DNA of 64,000 nucleotides from Histomonas meleagridis 2922-C6/04-290x (taxonomy: Eukaryota; Protista; Parabasalia): contig JAANOX010000104.1 in the NCBI GenBank assembly GCA_020184695.1, positions 1 through 64,000 on the forward strand. Direction: 5' to 3'. The notes beneath the pieces were generated by a model that was given only the letters and a program-made list of their open reading frames with translations, was not told the origin of the DNA and searched no databases. The position numbers were made by a program, and so were the translations under genes. Shown in pieces: positions 1 to 10,764 of this stretch (within the stretch, counting starts at the first letter, position 1; each line of letters opens with the position of its first letter).

Positions 1-1287
1 ATGAATAAATTGTTTCTTGAATTATCCGGTTTATAGGACAAATAAATTATAAAAAATTGCAACAACAGATTTTGGAATTTTTGCTTTTGTCTATAGATAT
101 TGAAAATCTTGTTGTATAACTTAAAAACAGAACGAAAACTAAAAACCAATTATATGAATTAATATTAACCATTATTACTATCATATATATTGAATTTGAA
201 CTTCTGTTTTTAATTCTAAAGCCCAAAATTTTTTTTTTGAAATTTTAAAGATTGCTCATAAAAAAATAATATAACAAAATTTAGTTACAATAATTTTATT
301 GAATAGAATGTGTATATTTATTAATTTATATTTCTTTAAATTTAGTTTAGTGGAAAATGAAAAAAATTGATTTTCTGATTTGAAACGACCGTTTATTTTG
401 TTAACAGCTTCTTTTCAGACCGATGAAACAAGAACGGTTGTTTGGAAATACTGCATTTAAAATTCAATAAGTTGCCTGTTAATTGTGTTGACGCGAACTT
501 TTTGATAGTTTTTCCTTCAAAAGCTTTCCTTGACGACAAGCAAAATCACTTTCTTCCGATCATTTTTTTTCTGTGTTTCAACAATATAAACGACATTTGG
601 TAATTTTCTGACACTTTTTAATAAAACATTACGTTTCAGCTTTGTAAACAGCTTCCGATTGCAGAAACAATAAAACATGTTTCAACAAAAGTCATACCAA
701 TGAATTGACGGAAAGGCGGCGCGGTTGAATTTCTCTGTATCGTTTTTGACTGATTTATTAGCAAGTTTCCCAACTTTTCTCGCAGATGTGTTCTCTCTAT
801 CTGGTTTTACCCATGTATTTTTTTTGCTTATTACAAATCTCTCCAAAAAATTCAGGTTCAAAGATTTTTAGTGATCAATTATCTATTTCTCAAACTCTCA
901 AACACTCCCCTTACCTTACTTTAGAATCCAAAGGGTTTAAATATTTAACACACTCAGCCTATAACAAAGAGAGTGTATCCATTAAAAGTCTACGAAATTT
1001 CTGATATGCAAACAGCGAATGAATCAAATACATTTAATTATATCACAGAAGAATATCAGCATCATTCCCATTTATTAAAGCTACCTATATCATATGTTAA
1101 ACATTATTTCAAATTCTTTTCTTTTGTGTTTAATCATTTTCCATTAAAAGCTTATTTACCAGTTTCAATGAATAATGGCTTCATGAAGAAAATGTTCAAA
1201 TTCAATGAAACTGCTCAAGTTCTAATGTATAACTTTTTTATTTTGGGACTTTTTTTATTTTATGAAATCAAATTTTTAATTTATAAA

Positions 1288-2475
1288 ATGAAAACAAATG
1301 GAAAGAAAAAACAGAAAAATGTTTTTATTTTTGTTATATTTTTCATAAGTTCTCATCAAATATTTTATGAAAATAATTCAACACTTTCAATCACAAATTC
1401 AAATGATTTTATTGATATTGATCAGTATCAAAATAACACAAAATTTATAACTATCAGTGAAAATATTTATTCAATTCCAAGTGATTCATTTTCAGGATGG
1501 CATTCAGTTGTTTCAGTTAATTTTGGTAATTCAGTATCAAATATTGGAGGTTCTGTGTTTTCGTCATGTTCTAATTTGGTTACGATTATATTTGGAGAAA
1601 ATGTTACAACAATTGGTGGTTCAGCATTTTCATTGTGTTCATCAATCAAAAACATTACAATTCCAAATTCAGTCACATCAATTGGAAATTCAGCATTTTC
1701 ATTATGTTCTAATTTAAGGATATTAACACTTGGATATGGAATCAGAGAAATTGGAGATTCAGCATTTGGGAATTGTAATCATCTTGAATGCATTTATTAT
1801 TATGGAGATTCAGAACCAAACATTGGTTTAAGTGCATTTTTTAATGTATCAACAAGTGTTATCACATATTCAACATATGTAGGAAATAAATTTGGACATT
1901 TAGATGTTGTTAGCGAATCCACAGAAGGAATATGCGAACCACTTCCAACACATTCATTTAGTCAATCAAATACATTTTCTAATTCGAATACATTTACTGA
2001 ATCATTACAAAGTGATATTTCATTATCATTTTCATATATATTAACAATTACATTATCAATTACACATTCATTAACTATTTATGAAACACAAACGAAAACA
2101 TTTTCATTATATATAAATAATTCGACATTTTCATATATTGAAACAGAATTTATTTATTACAATTATACGATTGTTATATATTCTACTTATTATAATTATT
2201 ATTCCAATTTCTTTACAATGTTTTACACTTCCAATGAAAATTCACCAAAAGGAATTACGACGAATGCTTTGATTGGAATTATTTGCGGATCATTTGCATT
2301 TGTTTTGATCATTGTTGGAATTGTTATATTTTTAGTGAGAAGTAATAACAAGAAAGAAAAATCGATTTCAAAGTTACAATTTAAGGATACTACAACATCA
2401 AGTACAAAGCAAATCGAAGAAGTAAATAGTTTAGTTGAAGATATTGTGAAAGAAGATGAAGACAATTGGCTATGA
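1288..2475 (+). CDS. BspA-like LRR surface protein, type I membrane (copy 1)
   Basis: TpLRR/BspA repeats (IGGSAFSLCSSIKNITIPNSVTSIGNSAF), PTHSFSQSNTFS stalk, TM (LIGIICGSFAFVLIIVGIVIFLV), acidic tail ending EDEDNWL. Frame is open from 973 (GTG; first ATG at 1006). ATG 1288 precedes the signal-like hydrophobic segment and is the likely start. Confidence 0.9.
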   Translation: MKTNGKKKQKNVFIFVIFFISSHQIFYENNSTLSITNSNDFIDIDQYQNNTKFITISENIYSIPSDSFSGWHSVVSVNFGNSVSNIGGSVFSSCSNLVTIIFGENVTTIGGSAFSLCSSIKNITIPNSVTSIGNSAFSLCSNLRILTLGYGIREIGDSAFGNCNHLECIYYYGDSEPNIGLSAFFNVSTSVITYSTYVGNKFGHLDVVSESTEGICEPLPTHSFSQSNTFSNSNTFTESLQSDISLSFSYILTITLSITHSLTIYETQTKTFSLYINNSTFSYIETEFIYYNYTIVIYSTYYNYYSNFFTMFYTSNENSPKGITTNALIGIICGSFAFVLIIVGIVIFLVRSNNKKEKSISKLQFKDTTTSSTKQIEEVNSLVEDIVKEDEDNWL

Positions 2476-4734
2476 AGAAAATGTGTAATAATAAAATTTT
2501 TTAAATTTAATTTTTATAAACTAATACAAAATTATTTTGTTGTTACATAAAAATAAAAATGAAATCATATTAACGATATTATCATTTTGACTTTTTAATG
2601 TTTTTCATTAAATTGTTTTAATAAGAAATTTTGAATTTTGAAGATGTATAACTGTCTTTAAATATAACGAGGTAATATTGTTTAAACACCGATTAAATTT
2701 GAATTATGATTACATTTACATTAAATGTTAGCACTTTTTGAATGAAATTTGATGAATTTTACTTGGATTGATATATCATAAAATCAGGAAATATTTACTA
2801 ATTTGTAGATACATTAAAGGATTATGTGCATCAAGCTTTTATTATTGAATAATAGATTCAAAATCTAAAAATGAAAGAATAATTAATGTATTATAAAAAA
2901 ATGAATTTTCATTATGACAAAAACGATATAAACAGACGAAAGACACATCAAATTAAAGCACAAATACAGCTCTATAACATACGTTCATCATGTTATTCAA
3001 AAGTGTCTTCATAATGTTTTAAAGTCGTTCCTTTGTTTGTCATTTTAAAATGTGTATTCAAATATTTCTAAGTTGATGTGAAAAACTATAATTATACAAC
3101 AGGGCTTCTAACGTTTAACCGTGAGATTTCAAACTTTTGAGAAAGCCGATGTATATTTGGTAAAGGCCTAGAAGTATATTACAAGCTGAAGCATGAGAAT
3201 TTTACTTTTGTTCAGCATTCTGCTCATGACAAAGCGATTTAGAAACGATATAAAGCTTATTACACCCTATATCATTCAAAAAGAAATATTACAAATACAA
3301 AAAGACAAAAGCAAGGAAGGAATGACTTACCAATGTGATAGAGAAGTTTTAAATAATGAAATTATGACCAAAAAATTTAAAAGATTTAACAATAATCATT
3401 ATAAAGTTTTGATCAGAAACTTATATTTAAATTCAAGGCTTAACAACAAATCTACAGCAATGACACATCATGATTTTAATAACAAACAAAATTTTCAAAG
3501 AACATATTTTTCAAGCATTTTGAAAAAAGACTTTGAAATCAAGATATTTGTCAATAACGGCATACTTGAGGAAGCTTTGAACAAATGTTATGAATATATA
3601 TCTTCTATAAAACGTGAATTTTCACATTTTTTGATGATGCGAAACGACAACGAAGAAGGACCAAATATTTTCAATGTTTTACTTCATTTGACCTTCATTT
3701 TTTCAATGACATTTTCGGTTATATATATCAAATTTTATCTCAAAAACACAATTTTAGTTCAGAACATATTGACAACCAAATATATATTGAAAGCAAAAGA
3801 TCAGAAAAAAATTGAAAATATTTTCATTCTCATTTTTGTTATATTTTTCACAAATTCTTATGAAATATTTCACAAAGATAATTCAACACTTTCAATCACA
3901 AATTCAAATGATTTTATTGATATTGATCAGTATCAAAATAACACAAAATTTATAACTATCAGTGAAAATATTTATTCAATTCCAAGTGATTCATTTTCAG
4001 GATGGCATTCAGTTGTTTCAGTTAATTTTGGTAATTCAGTATCAAATATTGGAGGTTCTGTGTTTTCGTCATGTTCTAATTTGGTTACGATTATATTTGG
4101 AGAAAATGTTACAACAATTGGTGGTTCAGCATTTTCATTGTGTTCATCAATCAAAAACATTACAATTCCAAATTCAGTCACATCAATTGGAAATTCAGCA
4201 TTTTCATTATGTTCTAATTTAAGGATATTAACACTTGGATATGGAATCAGAGAAATTGGAGATTCAGCATTTGGGAATTGTAATCATCTTGAATGCATTT
4301 ATTATTATGGAGATTCAGAACCAAACATTGGTTTAAGTGCATTTTTTAATGTATCAACAAGTGTTATCACATATTCAACATATGTAGGAAATAAATTTGG
4401 ACATTTAGATGTTGTTAGCGAATCCACAGAAGGAATATGCGAACCACTTCCAACACATTCATTTAGTCAATCAAATACATTTTCTAATTCGAATACATTT
4501 ACTGAATCATTACAAAGTGATATTTCATTATCATTTTCATATATATTAACAATTACATTATCAATTACACATTCATTAACTATTTATGAAACACAAACGA
4601 AAACATTTTCATTATATATAAATAATTCGACATTTTCATATATTGAAACAGAATTTATTTATTACAGTTATACGATTGTTATATATTCTACTTATTGTAA
4701 TTATTATTCCAATTTCTTTACAATGTTTTACACT
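1373..4734 (+). repeat. 857-bp direct repeat (1373-2229 and 3878-4734; offset 2505)
   Basis: Read directly. I saw only two differences, both A->G (YNY/YSY and YYN/YCN). Flanks diverge immediately on both sides. Confidence 0.95.
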
Positions 4735-5004
4735 GATAATAATAATCAAAACAACGATAATAAAACAACAATTATCATCATTTCTGTTTGTGTAATTGTT
4801 ATAGTAATAGTCATTATCACATTATTAATAATATTATTGAAACATATTCGAAATAAAAAAGAAGAAGTTTATGAAAATGATAAATCAGAACAAAATGAAA
4901 ACGAAACGACAAATACATTTACTACGGGAATAAGTAACATAAATATTGAAGAAGATCCATTTGCCAAAGATTTTCAAGAAGAAAAATTTATTGAACAAAT
5001 ATAA
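3193..5004 (+). CDS. BspA-like LRR surface protein (copy 2) with a 198-codon N-terminal extension
   Basis: Ectodomain nearly identical to copy 1. Different TM (TTIIIISVCVIVIVIVIITLLIILL) and tail (EEDPFAKDFQEEKF). The codon matching copy 1's ATG is TTG at 3787. Confidence 0.8.
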   Translation: MRILLLFSILLMTKRFRNDIKLITPYIIQKEILQIQKDKSKEGMTYQCDREVLNNEIMTKKFKRFNNNHYKVLIRNLYLNSRLNNKSTAMTHHDFNNKQNFQRTYFSSILKKDFEIKIFVNNGILEEALNKCYEYISSIKREFSHFLMMRNDNEEGPNIFNVLLHLTFIFSMTFSVIYIKFYLKNTILVQNILTTKYILKAKDQKKIENIFILIFVIFFTNSYEIFHKDNSTLSITNSNDFIDIDQYQNNTKFITISENIYSIPSDSFSGWHSVVSVNFGNSVSNIGGSVFSSCSNLVTIIFGENVTTIGGSAFSLCSSIKNITIPNSVTSIGNSAFSLCSNLRILTLGYGIREIGDSAFGNCNHLECIYYYGDSEPNIGLSAFFNVSTSVITYSTYVGNKFGHLDVVSESTEGICEPLPTHSFSQSNTFSNSNTFTESLQSDISLSFSYILTITLSITHSLTIYETQTKTFSLYINNSTFSYIETEFIYYSYTIVIYSTYCNYYSNFFTMFYTDNNNQNNDNKTTIIIISVCVIVIVIVIITLLIILLKHIRNKKEEVYENDKSEQNENETTNTFTTGISNINIEEDPFAKDFQEEKFIEQI

Positions 5005-5229
5005 TTTTCAATATTAGATATTTGTAAATTTTGTAATGATAATTATAAATATGATATGAATCTTATGAAATCAAATTTTTAGATGATACATAACATTAAT
5101 GCATTGCATATGAATTTGATGTAATCAATAATTGATTAAACATTTTGAAATATAATTTTATAAAGAATTAGGAATTCAAATAGGTAGTGACACACACACA
5201 AAAAAATATCTTGTTTGTCTTCAAAACAA

Positions 5230-6050
5230 ATTGATTCAATTATTTTGTGCTATAACATAAACTAAAGGTGTATCATGTAATATATTTCATAAATCGCATA
5301 AAGGAATATATTTAGAATTAAAATCGTCACCACTCCTAAAAGATATAACACAATCATGAAAAACAAGTTGGAATAAAGGCACGCTTATGCTTTCATTAGT
5401 CATAACTCGTGTTTGTGCTACAGAAGCTTCACTTAAATATTCCGCTGCATTTGTACCAAATTCTATAAAAAATAATTACAATAAGGAATTGCTAGATCTC
5501 TACCATCTTTACTTTAAACAACAAATTTTCCATGTTCATTTTCATGGAAATATTGTAAAAGATTAAAACGATTTTGTATTGATTCTTTTCTTGTTTGTAG
5601 ATGATAACATTCAAATAATACTGTGCATGTTGCACCATCAATAAATTTAATTTTGCAACTTCTAAATCATAATCTTCTTTAGCATACTTAAGTATTTGTT
5701 TATCACAAGTAGCATAATTATCAATTTTTTGTCCGGGATTTGTTAAATTATTAACAGAACCAATTAATATTAATTGATTTGTTGAATTCACAACAATATC
5801 ATCAGGATAAGCAAAAGGCCAATTAGCATTCCAAGCCATCCATTTTTTTCATGATATTCTAGATTACCTGTGATTTGATAAGAATCATATACAGATGTTA
5901 ATAAGCTTGTCTTATTATAAACATAATCAAGATTTAATCTTATCGAACCAAAATCCATAATATGATCAAATCCTAAACCGATAATTAATAGTTCTCGACA
6001 AATAAAATCAAATTCTTTAATTTGTCATTCGGTATATAACTTTTAAATTT
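5230..6050 (-). pseudogene. GH129-like (PF11308-type) glycosidase pseudogene, copy A (internal fragment)
   Basis: Fragments in shifting frames: LLTSVYDSYQ, WNANWPFAYPDDIV..NYATCDKQILKYAK, QYFHENEHGKFVV*SKDGRDLAIPYC, NESISVPLFQLVFHDCVISF*. Collinear with the copy at 17.3-19.1 kb. Confidence 0.75.
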
Positions 6051-6836
6051 CCAAAAGGATTTTCAAAAAAGAATTCATTTTTTCATTCGTATTTATAAGA
6101 AATATTTTTTCTGAGATAAAAAATAAAATATCTTCTCTTTGTACTTCAAAATAGTTTCTTTGGATAAACGTGATAACAAACAAATTAATGATGGACCAAA
6201 ATCAAATTCATTAATCTTTTCTGCAAATATTGGTATAAATTTATCTACATATTTCAACACATTTAAAGTAAATTTTTTGAAAATCTTGATAAGCTGCTGT
6301 ACGATTCTTATCCCAAGAATCATGAAATCGAATATTTATGTTTGGATTATTTTATACTTTCTCTGTATATGGTACACCTATACCTTTTTCTTGTGTAGTC
6401 TTTCGATAGCGCTATGCCATTGTTACATGATTACCTTTTAAGAAAAACATCATTAAATTTCGTGCATGAAAATTCATGCCCTTTCGCATGCCTGAACATC
6501 GAATAGAAATATGACCAGCGTCATCATTTGATAAAAACATATGACTAATTCAATCGAATTGAAAACATGATCAGATAATAAAAAAAAAAATTTATTTTTC
6601 ATCTCAATAAATTAATAATTTTATTTCAGCATTTTTGTTGAGTTGTAAAAGAATGTATTATGATATTTTCTTATAATTTTCAATTCATATCTGGTCTGAT
6701 TCAGAAAAAGATTTAAACGGTCATTCACAAACGATAATTATTTTGTATACAAAACGATCAAAATTTACTCAAAACATTAGTATAACTTTATTAATTAATT
6801 TGATTCAAGGCAACCAAAAAACTACAAAAAATTTAC

Positions 6837-8534
6837 ATGGAATTTAGCGAAACTCAAAAAAGCAATATATCAAATCAAATAAAAGATTGTATCTCAAAGA
6901 TAATTACTCTCAAAGGCATTGTTTTCAATCTAAAATTTGAAAACATTGAGGAATCAGCACATTTAATATATGAATTATATGACAAAAATCATCCATACAC
7001 AGTTTTTTTGATAACATGTCGATTAGTGTATTCATCTTTTGTTTCCCAAATGAAAGATTTTAATATTTATTTTAATTTTTTAAGATTCTTGGAAAAAATA
7101 TATGAGGAAATATGTTATTATAAAATGATGGATATTTTTTCAAGATATCTTTTTTCTCTAACTTCTCAAGAATCATATTACCTTTTAGAAAAAATGTTTG
7201 ATCAAGGAATGATTGATGAAACAGAATTAACCAAAAAAAGTTGTTTATATTTCGCACAACATATGAAAAAAAATGAAATCAACTCATTAACTATTGATTG
7301 GAACAATATAGATGATATTAAATCTAATCAGTTTAATGAATCTTTTCTAAAAAATTATGAAGAACTTTCAAAAAACAATTGGACACTTCATAAGCAATTA
7401 ATCAAAGAAGGAGTTAATCCGAATGAAATTGCGAAAATAATTCGAAATGATGAAATAGAAAAACTTCAAGAAATGTCATCACAAACAAATTTTAATTTTA
7501 ATCAAACAATTGAACCATCACTTTATGAAAGATGTTCATTTATTAATAAAAAAAATGTTACATTACTTGATTATGCAGCATTTTTTGGATCAGTTAAATG
7601 TTTTAAATATTTACTTATGAATGACGCAAAAGTAAATAACACAGGTAAATATGCGATTGCTAGTGGAAATATAGAAATCATTCATTTATGTGAACAAAAT
7701 CATTCTTCATTTTATGATTCATATGAAGCAGCTATTGAATTTCATCGATATGATACCTTTAAATATCTTTACGAAAATAAAATTGTCAAAACTATGCATT
7801 TAAATTTTTTATATAAAAAATGTATTGTAAATAATTCATATGAAATTTTTTCATATTTGCTTGATAAAGAAGGATTGAAATTAGAAGCTTTCATATATGA
7901 ATTGTCATCAACTGGAAATTTATATCTAATAAAATGTTTTTTTGAAGAATATCAATTACCAAATGATATATTTGTTTCTTGTGCAAGCTCAGGAAATATT
8001 GAACTTATTAAATATTTTCTTCTTAGAAAAATTGATGTTAATGTAAGTAATGTCTCTTTGAAAAATTGGGAAATTGTTTATGTTTCATTATGTTTCATAT
8101 GAGTATTTGGTGAATATTTAAGTTTTTTGACACAGCTTTGTTTCTAGCATCTGAAAATAAACATTTAGCAATCATTAAATTACTTATTGAACAAAAAGAA
8201 ATTGATATTAATGCTAAAGATATTTATTTGTTTTATTTAATATTTATTTTAATAATTTGATATTTCAAAATAATATTTGGAAATTATTTAAATTATTTGA
8301 TACAGCACTTATTGTAGCATCTTGGAATGGTCACACAGAAATAGTTAAATTATTTCTTGAACAAGAAGGAATTGATATTAATGATAAAGATATTTATTTG
8401 TTTTGTTTAATATTTATTTTTAAAATTTTCTATTTCAAAATAATATTTGGAAATTATTTAAATTATTTAAAACAGCACTTGTTTGGGCATCTTTATATGG
8501 TCATACAGAAATAATTAAATTACTTCAGAATTAA
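6837..8534 (+). CDS. Ankyrin-repeat protein (DUF3447-type), interrupted by three 80-nt inserts
   Basis: ORF 6837-8102 has the TLLDYAAFFGSVKCFKYLLMN / YAIASGNIEIIHLCEQ core. Three further intact ankyrin units start at 8132, 8302 and 8472 (TALFLAS.., TALIVASWNGHTEIVKLFLEQEGIDIN, TALVWASLYGH). The last unit ends in TAA at 8534. Confidence 0.8.
8052..8471 (+). other. Three 80-nt frame-shifting inserts between ankyrin units (8052-8131, 8222-8301, 8392-8471)
   Basis: Each lies between the K-D (or S-N) codons and the T-A-L codons and is 80 nt by count. Unit period is 170 bp. Confidence 0.9.
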
Positions 8535-8779
8535 TTTGATCTTAATTAATGCAAAACATTAGTATATTTTCTCTCAAAGCAATACTTTGACTCAATGGTG
8601 GTTGCCTATGAAACAACAAAATTTATAACTTTAAAAAAATATTTATGTCATTGATTATATATGTTTATTTTGTGACCATTTTATTTTTCTGTGTTGAGTT
8701 TTTTAATGAAGTAATAGTTTAAACGGTTTCTCAAATCATTTCTTTGTAGTTTTCATAAAGAATCTGAACAAAAACATAC

Positions 8780-9307
8780 AAATAAACATTAACCCCATCA
8801 ATACTGGTGCAAAAATAGAAATCAAAAAACAGAATTTCTTAAATCCTTATTTTTATACTGAAGGCTTGACATTATAAATTTATGATCATTATGTTTTTCA
8901 AAATGATAAAGGAACTGCTGCTAAGGTACCATTAACCCCAGAGAACCATAATACAAAAGTAAAACTTCTTGTTGAATGCGAAAAAGATCCTATAATAGAA
9001 GAAGAATCAGAGTATATCTATTCATTTTATTTACCAAATGCGAATTTTGCAATCAGAACAAAACTAAAATTCTTCACATATCAAGAACCACATTTCCCTA
9101 GTCCTAATGAATTTAAAATATTTACACGTGAATATAACGAAACAAAATATTTTATTATTAAATGAATGCATTCCACTTAACACTAAACTTGAATCACTTC
9201 CATATTACCAATGTTCGGAAGGTCTTTGTTATGGTTCGACTGGATTAACACCATTTTTCCGCTTCCATACAACTTATATTTCATCCAAATCCATCATTGT
9301 TAATTAA
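8780..9307 (+). pseudogene. Degraded coding fragment, product unknown
   Basis: Protein-like reading (INPINTGAKIEIKKQNFLNPYFYTEGLTL*IYDHYVFQNDKGTAAKVPLTPENHN...) broken by stops, then a frameshift into ORF 9107-9307. Confidence 0.4.
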
Positions 9308-9611
9308 CTTCTTCCATTACACTTAATGTTCTTTAAACTCCATGCATTTAACATGTTAAATAAATTTATGATATTTACAAATTAAAATGAGTCATTTGTT
9401 TTTATTAAATATTTTTTTGAGAAATCTTTTTTTCTGTTTTTACAAATTTTCATGATGACTCATGGCAAAACAAAGAAAAAAATATGAAAAATGAGCTTTT
9501 TTAGTGAGATTCGATAAAACAATAAAAATAAAAAAGGAGTAAATGAAATTAACATTGTACTTAAAATTCAACAAAAATTACCAAGCAGGCTCGAAACTGT
9601 TTTTTTAACTG

Positions 9612-9618
9612 AAAAAAA
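9612..9618 (-). terminator. Pol III oligo-T terminator of tRNA-Met
   Basis: Seven T directly after position 73 on the minus strand. Confidence 0.8.
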
Positions 9619-9693
9619 GACCACCGGGAAGACTCGAACTTCCAACCTTAAGGTTATGAGCCTTACGAACTAAACCCATTGTTCCACGGTGAT
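9619..9693 (-). tRNA. tRNA-Met (CAT)
   Basis: Cloverleaf: acceptor ATCACCG/CGGTGGT, D stem GAAC/GTTC, anticodon stem TAAGG/CCTTA with loop CTCATAA, T arm GGAAG-TTCGAGT-CTTCC. Followed by T7. Confidence 0.92.
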
Positions 9694-10353
9694 TTCGTTT
9701 TTTCATGAAAAAATGCCCTTTTGAGCTAATATTACACATAAACTCATAATAGCTATTGCTTCTTTGTATTTGTGGTCTTAATTAAGAGATTAAGACCAAA
9801 ACTGAATGAAACTTATCATTTTTTTTACCCCTCAGTCCCAAATAATATAACTTCTCTTCCAAAAACTTCTCCACGTCTTCCTTTAGCAAAACAATTCCTT
9901 CAAACTTAAATTTATTATCATTAAACAAACATTCTCGAAACAAACGATCATATTCATTAGAGTTTATTAGCTTTGTTTGTCATTCACGCTCACATTCCAA
10001 CCTGTTTCAGCATTATATTTCGGATATGAACATGTAAAATCACCTTTGATATTAACTTTAACATTTACTTATATTTTCTCTTGTGATATGTGTAAGTTAC
10101 TGGTTTGCCACCTCTAAGTCTAAATGCTAAAAGTACACAGAAATAATCATTATTTTCTCCAAGTGATCAGATTTAAAGATAAGCTTCTTTAAGTGGATAA
10201 AGATATTCTTGGACAAATTTTAAAACACTTCGATCCTATATCAAAATATAAAATGAAATTTAATTTACTGAACAAACATTTCATTGTTTTCAAACAATTG
10301 AAAAAATTTTCTAAAGCATCTCTAAACAACAAAACCACTTGAGCCGATGTTAT

Positions 10354-10725
10354 TTAGTGATTTCGCTTGAATTGATTTCCATGTTTTCTTTGAGATGTTT
10401 TTGATGAATCAGCAGATCGTGACCTCTTTTGTGGAGTTGGCCTTAAAACCTTTGTTTTATTGACCTCTAGCCTTATTTGTTGTGCTTCTTCTCCACTAAT
10501 ATATCCGGTATTTACAAGATTCGAAAGAGGATCAAAATGCCATTTCGTAATAAGGCGCCAGATCCAATTGGACATCCAATCCAAAACAACAATAAAGCCA
10601 GTCTATCCTATGATGTACGATGATACACGAATTATTTTGAAGAGTGAAAACGAAATATTCAAAGAAAAAATAAACAAGAAACAAAAACCAAAAACCAAAG
10701 AAGGATAGAAGGAATTAATTAAATT
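10354..10725 (-). pseudogene. 3' fragment of a small membrane-protein gene with an in-frame TAG
   Basis: YPSLVFGFCFLFIFSLNISFSLFKIIRVSSYIIG*TGFIVVLDWMSNWIWRLITKWHFDPL... with TAG at 10603-10605. No start codon; abuts the end of the ankyrin gene. Confidence 0.45.
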
Positions 10726-10764
10726 TTATTCAAAGATATTTTGAATTCTTGAATTATCATTCAT

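Noticed and set aside
480-900. Minus-strand open stretch (KSLNLNFLERFVISKKNTWVKPDREN...) and ORF 786-1004
   Set aside because: No ATG in the minus-strand stretch and no recognisable domain in either.
1457-4222. Overlapping short ORFs (1457-1717, 1467-1676, 3962-4222, 3972-4181) and similar antisense ORFs inside long genes
   Set aside because: Shadow frames of real CDSs; they are duplicated only because the BspA tract is.
8230-8305. Canonical GT-AG intron reading of the inserts (GT at insert position 9 to ACAG)
   Set aside because: It leaves the downstream ankyrin unit out of frame. The dinucleotide is GC or GA in two copies and there is no trichomonad branch motif.
9581-9600. CCAAGCAGGCTCGAAACTG, resembling a tRNA 3' half next to tRNA-Met
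   Set aside because: T-stem pairing is poor and no D or anticodon arm can be built.
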